Positions 26,171 through 38,905 of a stretch of 64,000 bases of DNA are shown here, one piece after another. The stretch lies in assembly GCA_034780895.1 (NCBI GenBank), contig JAUZTB010000042.1, positions 13,876,174 through 13,940,173 on the forward strand, written 5' to 3'. Made by a program: the position numbers and the translations under genes. The DNA comes from Rhynchobatus australiae. Lineage: Eukaryota. The notes beneath the pieces were generated by a model. That model saw only the letters and a program-made list of their open reading frames with translations, was not told the DNA's origin and made no database searches. Numbering within the stretch: position 1 is the first letter of the stretch; the number at the start of each line of letters is the position of its first letter.

Positions 26171-28272
26171 TTCCGTCCTGCAGATAGTCCATGTGTCAAT
26201 TAACAGGAACCATTCCTTGACTGATGTACAGCCAGTCACCTACGAACCAGCTTCTCATTTGGGTTCTCCCCATAGGTAGAATACTGTCAAGAAGACTTAG
26301 TAAAGAAAAGTGCACAATCTATAAGAATCACAAACAAAATGTACAGCACAATAACAGAATATGTATTTGAAATAAACACAAAATTGACATCAAAAGTATA
26401 AAGATCTATTTAAATATTCAATTGCTAGTAATAGCAATTCTTATCTAATTTGCATTTGAGCAAAAAGATACCACTTAAAATTATTATTTCAGTATTGCTC
26501 ATGTTAAGATGTCTATTTTCATTTGAACCCATTGTCTCCTGTTTCAGAGGTATTACCTGTAGTTGTATTTTGTCATCGTAATTATTCATTGAATATGTAG
26601 CTTGTAACCTAACATGCAAAAATGAACAAGGCTAACAAATAGTATCAACTGAAATGTGTAACGTTTCCATAACAGACTGCCATAATGTTTATTTCATGAG
26701 NNNNNNNNNNNNNCATTTGTTTCTTGTCTGAAACTATTTTTAGATTATATGGTGGAGAAGATGAATTAATTTCATGGAAACTAGCACAAATATTTTAACT
26801 GTTTTCTGCTTCTCCAAATTTCAGCATATTACTTTAAATTAACAAATAAAGAAATGGGTTTTAAAACATTTATTTAGCATTCATTGAAAATGTCAACTTT
26901 GTGTGAAAGAAAATGCAGCATGTGGATTGAACAACTTCTCAAGTTAGTAAAAGCAGCCCAGAACCAGTTATTGTTCTGGGAGAAATTATATATAATAAGT
27001 TGATAAAAGAAACTATGTTATCTAACATGAATAGAAAGCATGGAGTTAGAATGCACAAATAAAATACTGAAATGAAATACAAAAATGCTGTAATTTCTCT
27101 CATGAAATATACAAACATATTGAAAAGGCCCATGTGAAAAGCAGCTATTGCCGTGTGAATTCAGAAGAGCAATGTAATTATCTGGTTAAGAGTGGGATTG
27201 AAGGTAATAATGATAAGTACACACAAAGATGCTGAAACACTTAATGGGGCACAACAATCCAAGAGGTCTGGCAACAGGAAACAATGTCTCTGGAAAGCAG
27301 CTAGTAAGAGTTGAATAATGAAGATTAGAAGTTGAATATGTATTTTGGAGTCAAGTATCATTCCATAAAGAGGGAAGATTTATGAAGAGGTTTTCATGAG
27401 AGTATGCATAACTTTGGGTGGAGTACTTTATGAAATGGGCCACAACTGGTCTGTGGGATAAATAAGTATTTAGTGAGTTAATCGTGTTTTTAAATGCAGA
27501 AGTGTAAAATATACGTTACTCAAAAGATTAATAAATGCAGAAGAGAACTGCTTCCATTGCCAGTGTCCAAGGATAGCTCATATGACCTTGGAGCTGGCAT
27601 AATGTACAATGTTCAGCACTTGGCTTCTTTTCTACACACTGGTATCTTATGCTTATTTTGTCCACTTCAGCGATATGGAAGGCTGGATGAATGGTTTGAA
27701 TATTTCAGTTCAGGGGCAGAAATCTTGTTATCTATTTTGTGAATTCCGAAGTACTATGGAAAATAATATCACTCATTAAGTACATTGTTTGATTCAAGGT
27801 CCATGTTCATGAGAGGAATGCCTAATGTAGATGCAGCCAATTAGTTTTGCTTGGCCAAGGAAAATAAAAGATCACTGAGTTTAAGCATAACTTGGGATGT
27901 AAAGGAACCCTGCCCCTGCAGAGTTTATGTAAGGTGGACCCTCCTTATGAAGAAGTGAAAAGGAGATGCAAGATTAAAATCAGCTGTGGCTTGTAACTTG
28001 CATTTGTATAACTCCCATAAAAGAAAAATGAGTTGTCATTTCCAAAAAGGACACAACTTAAAAACAGCATTATCTGTCTTCCAACTGAGGGTATAGCACG
28101 ATGGTAAAATTAAAGATTGTAGAGGGGCTCTCCATGGACTATGATAAATTCTCCATTTTATGCTATTGTTAATATCGAATATCACCATAACTTAAGGGTA
28201 AGTGTTGATATTTTATTTCTTAAATATGCATATTTTTTGTTGAGATGAATAATCCCTTTTTCAAATTTCCAG

Positions 28273-28407
28273 ATGTAAATGAATGTGATGACAATAATGG
28301 TGGCTGTCAGCAAGTCTGCGTTAATACCATGGGCAGCTATGAATGTCAGTGTAAAGAAGGATTCTTTCTGAGTGATAACCAACATACCTGCATCCATCGC
28401 TCTAGTG
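28273..28407 (+). CDS. SCUBE1: Internal coding exon (135 bp, phase 1-1) of signal peptide-CUB-EGF domain protein, third calcium-binding EGF repeat; SCUBE1 most likely
   Basis: Acceptor ccctttttcaaatttccag|, donor G|gtgagt; translation (D)[44 protein letters not shown] has six cbEGF cysteines and the SCUBE-specific [14 protein letters not shown]. From recalled sequences, CQQ.C...YECQC...IHRS fits SCUBE1 better than SCUBE2/3; family call is firm, paralog less so. Confidence 0.9.
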
Positions 28408-29814
28408 GTGAGTATAAATCTGCCAAGGAGGGGCTTACTACATCTTGAGGAGGGAGGAGGAATGTGAATCAAAGGTACACTTGGGATCGATGACTTATGT
28501 TGTGTGGAAAAACCATGCTACTGAGGGCTGAATAGAATCTGAATTTACCAAAGAACATTATATTGTTTTGCTGAATAAAATGTTCATGTTATTTTATTTA
28601 CTGAAAATACTGATCTTAGATGCTGCTTAGGATTTGTATTTTGCTTCTTGATATAATAAATGTGGCTAACACAATTAACAATCTTTATATTCCTGAATTC
28701 AAATATGAAATACAATTCCAAGAGTGGTAAAAGTAATCTCGAGAAGCCGTGGTATGAACATAATGCAGTAATTATTTTATTATCAGTTGATATCAATTGT
28801 TTACTTGTACAGTTTAATTTCAAAATAATCAAAGTTGTAGAGAAATAGTTTCCTGATATTTTAACACCGTTGATTTTCTTTTTAAAAATATAAAAAATGA
28901 CACTCTGGGGAATCTTATGGATTAATATGTTGGTGAAATGGAGAATATTTTCTTACATGTCAGTCAAACTGTGATTTATGTGTTATTCTGCACTGATTGA
29001 TTTCTTCTGAAGAGGTGAGCTTTCCTTCCATTGTGCACATTTATACACAAAGTTGTTTGTTCAGGCTTTTCTTTAAAACACTTGCCTCCAAAAGTGTGTT
29101 AATGTGAAAGATAGGAGAATGTTCTAATTTAGTTTACATGTACTTAAGATTTTTTTAAAGTGCATAATACTTTTCTTTTAATTGAATAATAGTTTTGCAG
29201 TCTAATGGTCCTTCAGGCTTAAATTTGTCATCTCCTTTGTCATCCCATATCTAAGTTTTGATTTGTTCTTTGAACTGATCAATGTGGACAGGAGAGATTG
29301 CTGCAACTAGTTTGCTGTGTCCCTTCCAGCAAAACACATTTTTTTTGCCTTGAGGTACAATTACTTCTGACAAACATTTAGATGTGGTGAAGCTTGTACT
29401 CCTGTGCAAAAGAAAATATGAGGTCAATTCACAGGGAGTGTGAGAGGTTGGTTAAGACCGCATAAAATAATACAAAAGTGTATATGTAATTTTAAAAAAT
29501 TCTGTGTAGAAACCAAGATTTTAAAAGCATTGTCTAACTTGGAACTGTTGGCAATTTCCCCGGTAACTCCTGCAAGTTTCAAGACTCCTGCATGAAAATA
29601 AAAGTCCAAATTCTTTACATTGTTGACCAAGCCCAGCTGGTGATCTCCCAGATGTGCTCTACAATTAGTTTCTCTATGGTGGAGCTTTCTGGGATTCCTG
29701 AATACTTGGGGAATCTGTTCCTGGATCTTGTGCCCTGGTTGGGAATGGCACAGTTCATTTGATTTATACAGCTGTGATGGAGAAAGGTAAGAGCAAGACA
29801 TGATGTATTTTTAA

Positions 29815-31960
29815 TAGAAACAGAAGATGCTGTAAGTACTCTGCAGGTCAGGCAACGTCTATGGAGAGGGAAACTGTTTTCGTGTTTCAGGTTGATGACC
29901 ATTCATCAGAACTGGGATAAAATAGAAGTGGCACATGTTCAGATTGCAGAGAAAGGGTGGAGTGGAGATAAAAATGGGGATACCTGTGACATGGTGGAGG
30001 TCAAGAGAAACTGAACTGAACACAAAGCTGGTGGTGCTGGCTGAGACAGGGTATTGAAAACATATTAATCACAGCTGATCTGTCTGGAGAAGATTAAATA
30101 TGATTAAAAATGGTGGAATTGTGAGATATAAAACAAATATTTATTTCTTCTTTGATTCTTTCACCCATTGTCAGGTCTTTTCTCATTTACATCCACGACA
30201 CCTGTGATACTCTCTGCCACTTTTCCAACGGGTCCAATTTCACCATAGATGTATAATTCCTCCACATCTCCATCCCATGCCAAGATGGCCTTGAGGGATC
30301 TTTGCTTCTCTCTTGAACAGAGGCCGAACGAGTTCCCTTCCACCCCTAGCCTGGCTGAACTTGTTCTCACGTTCTTCAATGTTTTCTTTAACTCTACACT
30401 TTTCCTCCAAATCAAAGGTGTAGCTACGGGGACCTGCATGAATCTAAAGCATGCTTCACTCTTTGTGGTGTATGTAGATCATTTCTTTCTTCACTCATAT
30501 TCGCGTCTCTTCCCTCACCTCTCTTTTCTGCTACATTGATGACTCTATTGATGTTCTTCTCGCTTTCATAAAGACAAACATTTCATTACCGTTGCTCCCA
30601 ATTTTTAACCGTGCTTTCACTTTCACCTGGTTCAATACTGACTCTTTTTCAATCTCTATCCTTTCACTTAAGGGGATTGATTAATAACTAATATCCATTA
30701 CAAGCCCACAGACTCCCACAGCTATCTTGACCTTACCTACTCCTACCCTGGCTCCTGTGAGGTGGTCATTCCATTCTCCCACTCTCTCTGGCTCGGTTGC
30801 ATCTATTCTGATGATAACACTTTCCAAACCAGTGCTTCTGAGACATCTTCCTTCTTCCTTTATAGTGGCTTCCCCTCCACTGCAGTTAACAACAGTCTCT
30901 GTTTCATTTCAAACACTTCTGTTCTCACCCACTCACCTCCCACTCAGAGCAGGATAGGGTTACCCTTGTCCTCAACTTCCATCCCAACTGCATGCACTTT
31001 GAGTAGATCATTCTCTGTAATCAGTGTGAAGCCACTACCAGCACCTCCCCATACAGCTTTCTGAAGGGACCATTCTCTCCGTAACTCCCTGTTTCACTCT
31101 TCAATCTCCACTGGCCTTTCATCCCTGCTCAGCACTTTCCAATGGAACCGCAAGAGATGTAATGCCTGTACTTCTACCTACTCAGTTTCAATGATTCAAG
31201 ATCCTAAGTACTCCTTCCAGATAAACCAGCAACTCAGTTGAACTTTAGTGTCTATCATTCAGTGCTCATGGTTTGGTCTCTTCTATATTGGAGAAACCAA
31301 ACAATGATCTGGTGTCTGACTTGCAGAACATCTCCATTCATTTTGCTGGTCACTTTAATTCTGCATCCGCTCTTACTCTGATCTTTGTGGTTTTAGTTCT
31401 TAGACTGTTTTTGAGTTCAAGGAACAGCACCTCATCTTTTGACAAGCCACATTTGCAACCCTAAGGATTCAACATTGAATAAAACAATTTTATAGAATCA
31501 GCCATTCCAGTTTGTATCAAAATTAGCTAGTTCTTATCAAGGATGATCAACCGAAAACATTAACCCCATTTGCTCTCTCCACACATGATGCCTGAACTAC
31601 TGGATATTTCCACGAACTACTGGATATTTCCACAAACTACAGTGTTTAGTATCCCACCATTTCAGCATTAACTTTTNNNNNNNNNNNNNNNNNNNNNNNN
31701 NNNNNNNNNNNNNNNNNNNNNNNNNNNNNNNNNNNNNNNNNNNNNNNNNNNNNNNNNNNNNNNNTATCGCACATATTCCTATTCCATTCTCTATAACAAA
31801 ACATGTTTGATTTCTAACTTCTCCTAGTTTTGCAGAAAGTTATTTGACCTGCAATTCTGACTCTTATTCTCTCCCCAAAGATGCTTCCTGACCTGCTATT
31901 TCCAGCATTTTCAGTTTTCATTTCAGATTTCCACCATCTTCAGTTTTTTGCTTTTCATGT
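29815..31960 (+). mobile_element. Decayed Penelope-like retroelement (RT plus GIY-YIG endonuclease) with inverted 5' and tandem 3' terminal repeats
   Basis: Plus strand ALRDLCFSLEQRP...LAELVLTFFNVFFNSTLFLQIKGVATGTCM, YIDD (tacattgatgac 30532-30543), HYKPTDSHSYLD, and YIGETK (~31283-31300); homologous ~100-130-bp terminal units at 29815-29915 (-), 31527-31613 (+) and 31823-31957 (+). Confidence 0.8.
31594..31640 (+). repeat. Perfect 20-bp tandem duplication plus partial third unit
   Basis: gaactactggatatttccac twice (31594-31633), then aaactac. Confidence 0.9.
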
Positions 31961-34419
31961 TTTCTTTTAAACTATTTGGGTTTGCTTTCATGTTTTTTAT
32001 TTAAAGTTTCCTATGAGTATGTATTTTAAAATTGTTTGTTTGACATAATTTTAAATGTTTTCCATGTCAGGGATGTTGAGAAGTATTGAAAAAAATGACA
32101 GCTGTGACGGATGCAAATCTGGGGCTGAGGGTTTGCCATTGGTCAATGGTTTCAGGAGGCGGTTTGTGGGCGGGGCTTGCTTTGTCCAGCCCACATTACC
32201 TGACTAGATCATTTGAGGCTCTCACACCACACAACTCTGGGATAGTCCAGGCCAGCAAGATCAACTTTGTAGGTCTGACCATAAACTGGGGGCAATGAGG
32301 AGCAAAGTGGTCTTCATTCAACAAAATCTGGGCCATAATCTATACTTTGTGTAAGATTCTATGTTCCCATCTCTTCCCTTCGCCAGTGTCAGATTAGACA
32401 GCGCAGATGTGTGATGTTGCAGCTTGCATTGGGCACAACAAATAAAACTTTGTTCCCAGCAGTATTATTTGATATGTGTTTGATTGGAAAGCTCTCAGAA
32501 ACCTTGTACTTACAAACCTTTACAAGCTACGTTGACAAACTTGACAGAAATGCAAAAGGATACAAATTACCCACAAATGAGGACTGTAGTTTGCCAAGTA
32601 GGGGAACTTGAGAAAGCTGTAATGTTTGTAAACCCTGTATGACTCTGGATCTAATTTTGCCCATCTAACCCAGTTTACAAATTGGCCAATAAAGTATGAT
32701 TTGTTTTACCTGAATATATGTTATTTGAAGTTTAAACACTGTTATTTACTTGACATTTCTGCTTCTGTTTTTTGAAGAAGCCACAGTACTACGAATGTTT
32801 TAGAATAAAATTCTACCTTGTCTAAGTATAAAGGAAGGTTTGATTAAATTGTTGAGGAAAAGTGCCGCTGATAATGAATTTGAGTGTGTTGTTTGGATGA
32901 GAACTTATTCATTAATTTGCACATTGTGCTGTTGTTTGTTTCTCATGTATAACAGATGGCTGTCACCAAAACCTGTGGTTGCATTTGCCACTGGAATAAC
33001 TGTTAAGACACGTGCAAATGTAATCTCTTCTCATGTTGGAAAACCATTTCCCTTACTTGCCTTCCCTTTCATGACATTCTCTTTGGTCTCTTGATATTAG
33101 TTTTACATCCTTTCACTTCCGTCCATTCTACAAGCAAAATGTTTTGGTGATCCAGCCTAATGGGTCAACTAAAACTGTAATCTCATTGTGAAGGGAATCA
33201 AGAGTACAAGCCTATTTCCTAAATATGACCATTTCACTGGATCACCTTCAAGTATATGTCTATGAACAATTATGATTATCAATATAATATCATAATCAAT
33301 ATGATTATCAATAATCATTTTCATTATTGATTTCGGAGAACTTGAGGGGAAAGATTGAGTAGGCAGCAGGCTGCCCTTCAAAGTAGTGTATTTATAAGAG
33401 ATTTGAACAATGCTCCTTTTCACATGGAAGATTTGGATTAAAATGTTTCTCCATTTTCAGCTGCTGCCCTACAGACACTTACTATATTTTCTACATCTGC
33501 TAGCAGAAGGAAAACTTCCATTAAGAAAAGTAAATACTTTTCGCCCATAATATGCCAAGTGCTTTATTAGATCTCTTGTTTGTAAATCTCATATGGCTAT
33601 GATTCTAGTTTTGATTGCATCATCTCTTTGCCTCAATGGTTGTCAACTTTTGTAGACTGCTTTACTGACAGATGAGTTACAAACTGACAAATCTGTTCCT
33701 TAGAATCCTAAACAAATTAACTGCAATAAATATTGCAGAATTAATGTACGAGAGAGCAGATGCATTATTGAGAAATTTAGTCCAAAATCCATATTGTTAA
33801 CTGATTAACATCTCCCAGATAGAGAAAAATTTATAGTGAATAATTTTAGTAAATAATGAAGAGGCTAACATCACACCTCAGAAAGACAAACAAATTGGGA
33901 AATGGACAGATAAATATGGAAGAAAATTATATCAAGATAATACAGTACAATACAATTTCCAAGTTATGCAAGCAAAAATGTCCACTGTTAATGTAGATTG
34001 ACATAATTTGAAATAAAATTAAAGATCTAGAAAATGTCCTTAAGATTAAAATCATTTTGCATATATTATACAAGTATGTAAGCCGATGTTAAATGGTTAT
34101 CAACAGTGTAACACAGAACATTTCAGTTGTGCCAAATTGCGTTTGTTTATTCTGTGCTTTTTCTAGTTGGAAAAGACCCCTAGTAATAAGGGGGAAAACA
34201 GCAATGTGGGATGTTATTTTAACCCATGTTTATTTTTGGGATGCATTTCCAGGCGCAGTCCCAACTTCAGTCATAAACATACAGGCCNNNNNNNNNNNNN
34301 NNNNNNNNNNNNNNNNNNNNNNNNNNNNNNNNNNNNNNNNNNAGTTGAGCCCAGCAGGTCAGATTGGACATGTCCCCCACTTCCAAAAGGGGGGGGGGTG
34401 GGAACAATAATCTAGGTGG

Positions 34420-35230
34420 CATTTTATTGGAAAGTGTCACAGTTAATTTATGAAAGCCATCTCGAATTTGTTAATGAAGCTTGTATTTAATTAATTTAAC
34501 TGTCCACAGATGAAGTAACACAGATGAACAGTGTGGGTAATGCTGTGTACATGATTTTTTATGAAGTGCAAATATTATTTAGCAGAATGGGTATAAAATT
34601 GGCTGAAGAATAGAAACCAGAGAACATCAGTGAATGGTGCGGGGGAATATGCTGTTTTTCAGTGCTTAGTATTTAGAACACTGTTCTTTTTAATGTATGT
34701 TAAAGATCAAGACTTGGGCATACATGACATAATTTCAAAGTTTTAAGATGACATTAAACTTAGAAATGTGACAGATAATGAGGAAGATGTTAACAAATTT
34801 CAGCAAAGCATAGAGAGATTGTTAAGGTGCATAGGTGAGTAGTGTATAACATTTTGTGCAGAGAAAACTGAAATGATGCATTTTGGTCAAAAGAATCAGA
34901 AGAGGTTAAATAATATACCTCTGGAGGGGTCCAGGAACAGAGGGAGTGCTGGATTTTTTGAAGATGTAAGTCTCTTATGAAGCATGTGGGATCCTTGGCT
35001 TTAAAATAGATAATAATAGAAGAAAACAGGAAGGGTATGGTAAACATTTTCAAACCATTAGTTAGGTCTTATCTGGTTATTGTGTTCAATCCTGGGCATC
35101 ATTCTTCAGGAAAGACATCATTGCTTTGGAGAAAATATAGAAGAGTGACTTCACTTAAGAGAAACTGAAGCCAATTGGATTGGAGATTTCTCCATGGAAC
35201 ATCAAGGTTTAGGAATGGATTTGACACAAC
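34420..35230 (+). mobile_element. Degenerate CR1 ORF2 (RT) fragment
   Basis: ataatttcaaagttttaagatgacattaaactt (decayed ISKFADDTKL); gttaggtcttatctggttattgtgttcaatcctgggcatc (VRP.LEYCVQFW.P-like). Confidence 0.6.
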
Positions 35231-36304
35231 TGGTCTACCAAAGACACATCCAATGAATTGCCTACTCCTGTGCTGTGGTGCCCCTGATGTTCAGAAGCAT
35301 TCCAAAATAATTACAATGAAATTATTTACAGTATTCTGTTAAAAATGATATGAATTTTAAAACTCTGGCAAATCATCCATCAGCCATTCAAACACCTCCA
35401 CCATCAGTGGAGGTGAAAGATGAGGATGAAGAAGCCACAGTGATGTGCACCGTGGTGAAAGTTTGTCAGATCTGTGAGATATTTTTGAGACAACTAAACT
35501 TGATTTGGGATGAGATGGGGAAATGCCTGGATCAGGAATTCACACTACAACTTGGTGCTTTGGTATGTACCTGTGGAGGACGGCTGAATGCCCACATGCA
35601 AATGAACTGAACTTCTGGCCAAAGCACGGCTTATTTGGAAATGGGCTCAGATCTTCCAGACAGCCTGCAGCTGGAACAATTCCAGTTGTTGCCTTGTGAA
35701 GGTGGAGGAGCTTTCAGAAGTTACCCTGATGGCATAATACACTAGACCCACAGACTAGGTGAAAGGGGGGTGTTAGCGCACTGAGATCTGAGTCTGTTTA
35801 CACTGCCTGTTGAGTCTGCCATCCTTGCAGAAATTATCCAGATCCTCCTCCTGGCAGAGGAATGGGGAGAGCCCCAAGGGAATCTTGATTGCCACTTCCC
35901 AAAATTAACCTGAAATATTTGTCTACTATTTTTCAAAATGAAGATACTTGAATATGACTTCAACAGTGAAAGCTGCAGTTAATAATTATTCAAAGCTTGT
36001 TAAGAGCAAAATTTGTGCATTACAATTATTGAGCCCCCAACTATAACCTTTTGTTTTTTGTTTCTCTTTTATTTCAGATAATGTTCTGTAACTAAGAAGG
36101 CAGCTCCAGGCCTTTGTTTTTAGAGGTGTTCACAGTTGGCAGGAGGAGAGTGTATCCGCAGAAAACCCTACTAACTTGTTCTTATTAGCGTAGGGCAGAA
36201 GAAGCCATAGAATAGTACCTGTTTACATTTATCATGTGATCTCTGGTTTCTTCTTTTGAAATAAAGCTTAGTCTGATTCATTTTAAAGAGTAGTACAGGA
36301 ACTC

Positions 36305-36483
36305 GTGGGCTAGTAGGTTAATTGGCCACTGTCAATTTAGGTGAGCAGTAGAATCTGAGGGGAACATGGGGAGAATAAATATGGGATTAATGTAGGATTA
36401 GAGTAAATGGGTGGTTGATTGTTGATAGGGATTCAGTGGGCCAAAGGGCCTGTTTCCATGTTGTACCTTTCCATGACTCTAAA
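36305..36483 (+). mobile_element. V-SINE 3' half
   Basis: gtaggttaattggccactgt...gggattaatgtaggattagagtaaatgggtggttgat...gtgggccaaagggcctgtttccatgttgta; homologous to 60520-60680 in opposite orientation. Confidence 0.7.
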
Positions 36484-37059
36484 TCTAAGAACATGCATGA
36501 CTCCCACCAATAATATGATTTTGGCTCCAATTTTCTTGTTAATAATAAGACAGAGACTAAGGATTAATATTATCCTGTTGTTAGCAAGTTTATGACTGTT
36601 GAAAGCAAACTTTCACAATTACCGTATGAATTTCATCTTTTGAAAACCTCTCTGAGATCCCTGTCTAGGTCGCATCTTGTTTCTGCAATGTAGAAAGGTG
36701 GGCAACACATTCACTGTTTAAAGTTGAAGTGCAGCAGAGTTACCATTTCACAAGTTAAAATCTCGAGGGATATGAATGTTGTGACAGATTTAACAGTGTA
36801 AATCAAACAACGAACCTCCTGTGGTGAAATCAAAATCCCAAGAATTGCCACATCTTAGCAGAGTCCTCTGCAAAATCTCGATTTACATCAACTCTATTTC
36901 CTTTACATTCACCATTCATTTAAAAAAATCAATTAAATAATGACTGAAACAGGAGCCATTGTTCATAGATCACATTAATTGTTCTCAAACAAGTTGTGAT
37001 TCTCCTGTGTGTTCCCTCATTTCATGCTGCATTGAGTTGCTGAAGGGTAACGTTTCAAC

Positions 37060-37320
37060 AGAACAATTCAAGTGGGATATCTCGCTTCCTGACAGCCACC
37101 ACTTATTCACTCTATGAAAATACTCCATGATATTAAGAACCTCTATTGTCTTCTTTTAGCCTTTTCTGCTCCAGTGGAAGTAAGCCTAATTTCTCATCAA
37201 CATATGACTGTTCCATCCCAGAAATGAGCCAACGCACTATGCTCTGAGCCTTCAATGCCATTTCTATAGTAGGGTGTCAAAATTATGCATTGTGCACTAT
37301 GGCCTAAGCAATGTTTGGGA
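37060..37320 (-). mobile_element. Very degenerate CR1 3' fragment
   Basis: ccttttctgctccagtggaagtaagcctaattt...tttctatagtagggtgtcaaaattatgcattgtg...tatggcctaagcaatgtt. Confidence 0.4.
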
Positions 37321-38654
37321 CCTCCCTATCTGAACCTCTTTAAAAAAAAATGATTGGAGAATCTAAGTTTTAGACCAAAAGTTTTCAACATTTTTCCTGA
37401 GAGTTCAGTATTCTTTCCCTTGTACCTCTGTGAACCACTTTGGAAGTTTTTGAAATGTAGTGCAAGTGCTGTCAAAAATGAAGAGGAGGAGGCTTCTGAT
37501 TTCAGTCCCAAGCCCTAAAGATCGACTAACAATCAGCAGAATGTAGGTTCTCCCTGGGCACGGGTTGGAATTGGTGTCAGAACANNNNNNNNNNNNNNNN
37601 NNNNNNNNNNNNNNNNNNNNNNNNNNNNNNNNNNNNNNNNNNNNNNNNNNNNNNNNNNNNNNNNNNNNNNNNNNNNNNNNNNNNCAGAACAAGCAGGGCA
37701 GAAAGTGAGGAGCAAAGCACAGGGTGTGACGGTGGACCAATGACAGGCAGGAGTCACAGGAGAGGAACAGGTCAAGAATGCCCTGCTGAACCAGAAACTA
37801 TAAACAGCTTTGCGGGTTTGCATTGGCACTTTATGTTCCCTGAGGAGACTGAGCTTGCATTCTACCCAACCTTCAGCAATGTAGACAAAAGTAGTATGAA
37901 GGGGCCATGAGAATTGGCTGGCAGTCCTCAAATGACATTTCCCCCGAGATCTCCAGGAAGCTTCCAGTGTCAGTGGAGGGCGAAATGTGTCATGTCTATT
38001 TTCCTTTCCTTTGACAGGATGTCAACTCTTCCAAAAAGGATTTAATTTTCCAGGTAACAGGATAGAAGCACATTTTGTTGCTTGTGTTTTGATTCTTCAT
38101 CTGTTGTTTCAGTATATTTAATGTGTTTCTTGTGACAACATAGTTAGTAGCTTTATATCGAGCCCACGAAGCCTACAACCTTGAGAAATACACTGGTTGG
38201 ACTGAAATGGATGTGGAGGGGGGCTGGAGCCTGTACCAGCAGCCTTGAACATTAAAAAATCTGAAAGGCTACATGGGTTCATGGGTGAACATTGTTGCAA
38301 CCAGATCTGCTATCATTTACATCAATAACTTCTTGTATTGTTTTGAGCATATACTAGAAGATTAGTCAGAAAACAACATTTTTTAGATTATAAAATTGTG
38401 CTTGAATGACTTCAGTTATCACATTAATGTGGTGCTTTATGAATTGGTCCTGAGTTTAGTTCTTTTTCTAGTTTAGAAACATGGAGCCTATTCCGTTGTA
38501 CATTTAGATCAAGACTGTTGTGTGCCTTACTTAGATTTACTTGCATTCATTCCAAAAACAATGCTGTCCTTGTCTTTATTCACACCCAACTCTCATTTGC
38601 TTATTGTTCCTGAGATTTTGACTGACATCAATCCTTGTCTGGCACCTCCTCAAT

Positions 38655-38900
38655 TTTTGCAATAAAACCCATATCTTTGTTTCCTAATCCATCCATTGTG
38701 TTACCCTTTCCGATTACCATTGTCCCACCTTCCATCCCTTCAAGATCTCTGTGCATATGTAACTGTTGTCTCTTGTGCATCATTGATTTTACTCCCCCTG
38801 TCCAGGCACTCCTCAGCTCTCATCTTCCTTCCCAGTTGTCCTTGTTTGCCTGCGCCTCTCCTCTTTTGAGATTATTGGCCAAACTTTTGGTCATCCACCT
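38655..38900 (+). mobile_element. L2 LINE 3' end fragment
   Basis: ccatatctttgtttcctaatccatcc...cccttcaagatctctgtgc...gtctcttgtgcatc resembles the L2 C-terminus (FKSLHG...PPRSLRSS..GLL.IP). Confidence 0.4.
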
Positions 38901-38905
38901 TAATA

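Noticed and set aside
28245-28448. 67-aa ORF as a stand-alone small EGF protein
   Set aside because: The EGF homology is bounded exactly by AG (28271-28272) and GT (28408-28409) splice sites; the flanking residues are intronic read-through
36050-36100. Strong polypyrimidine tract plus AG (tttctcttttatttcag) as another SCUBE exon
   Set aside because: All three frames hit a stop within ~20 nt and there is no EGF-like sequence
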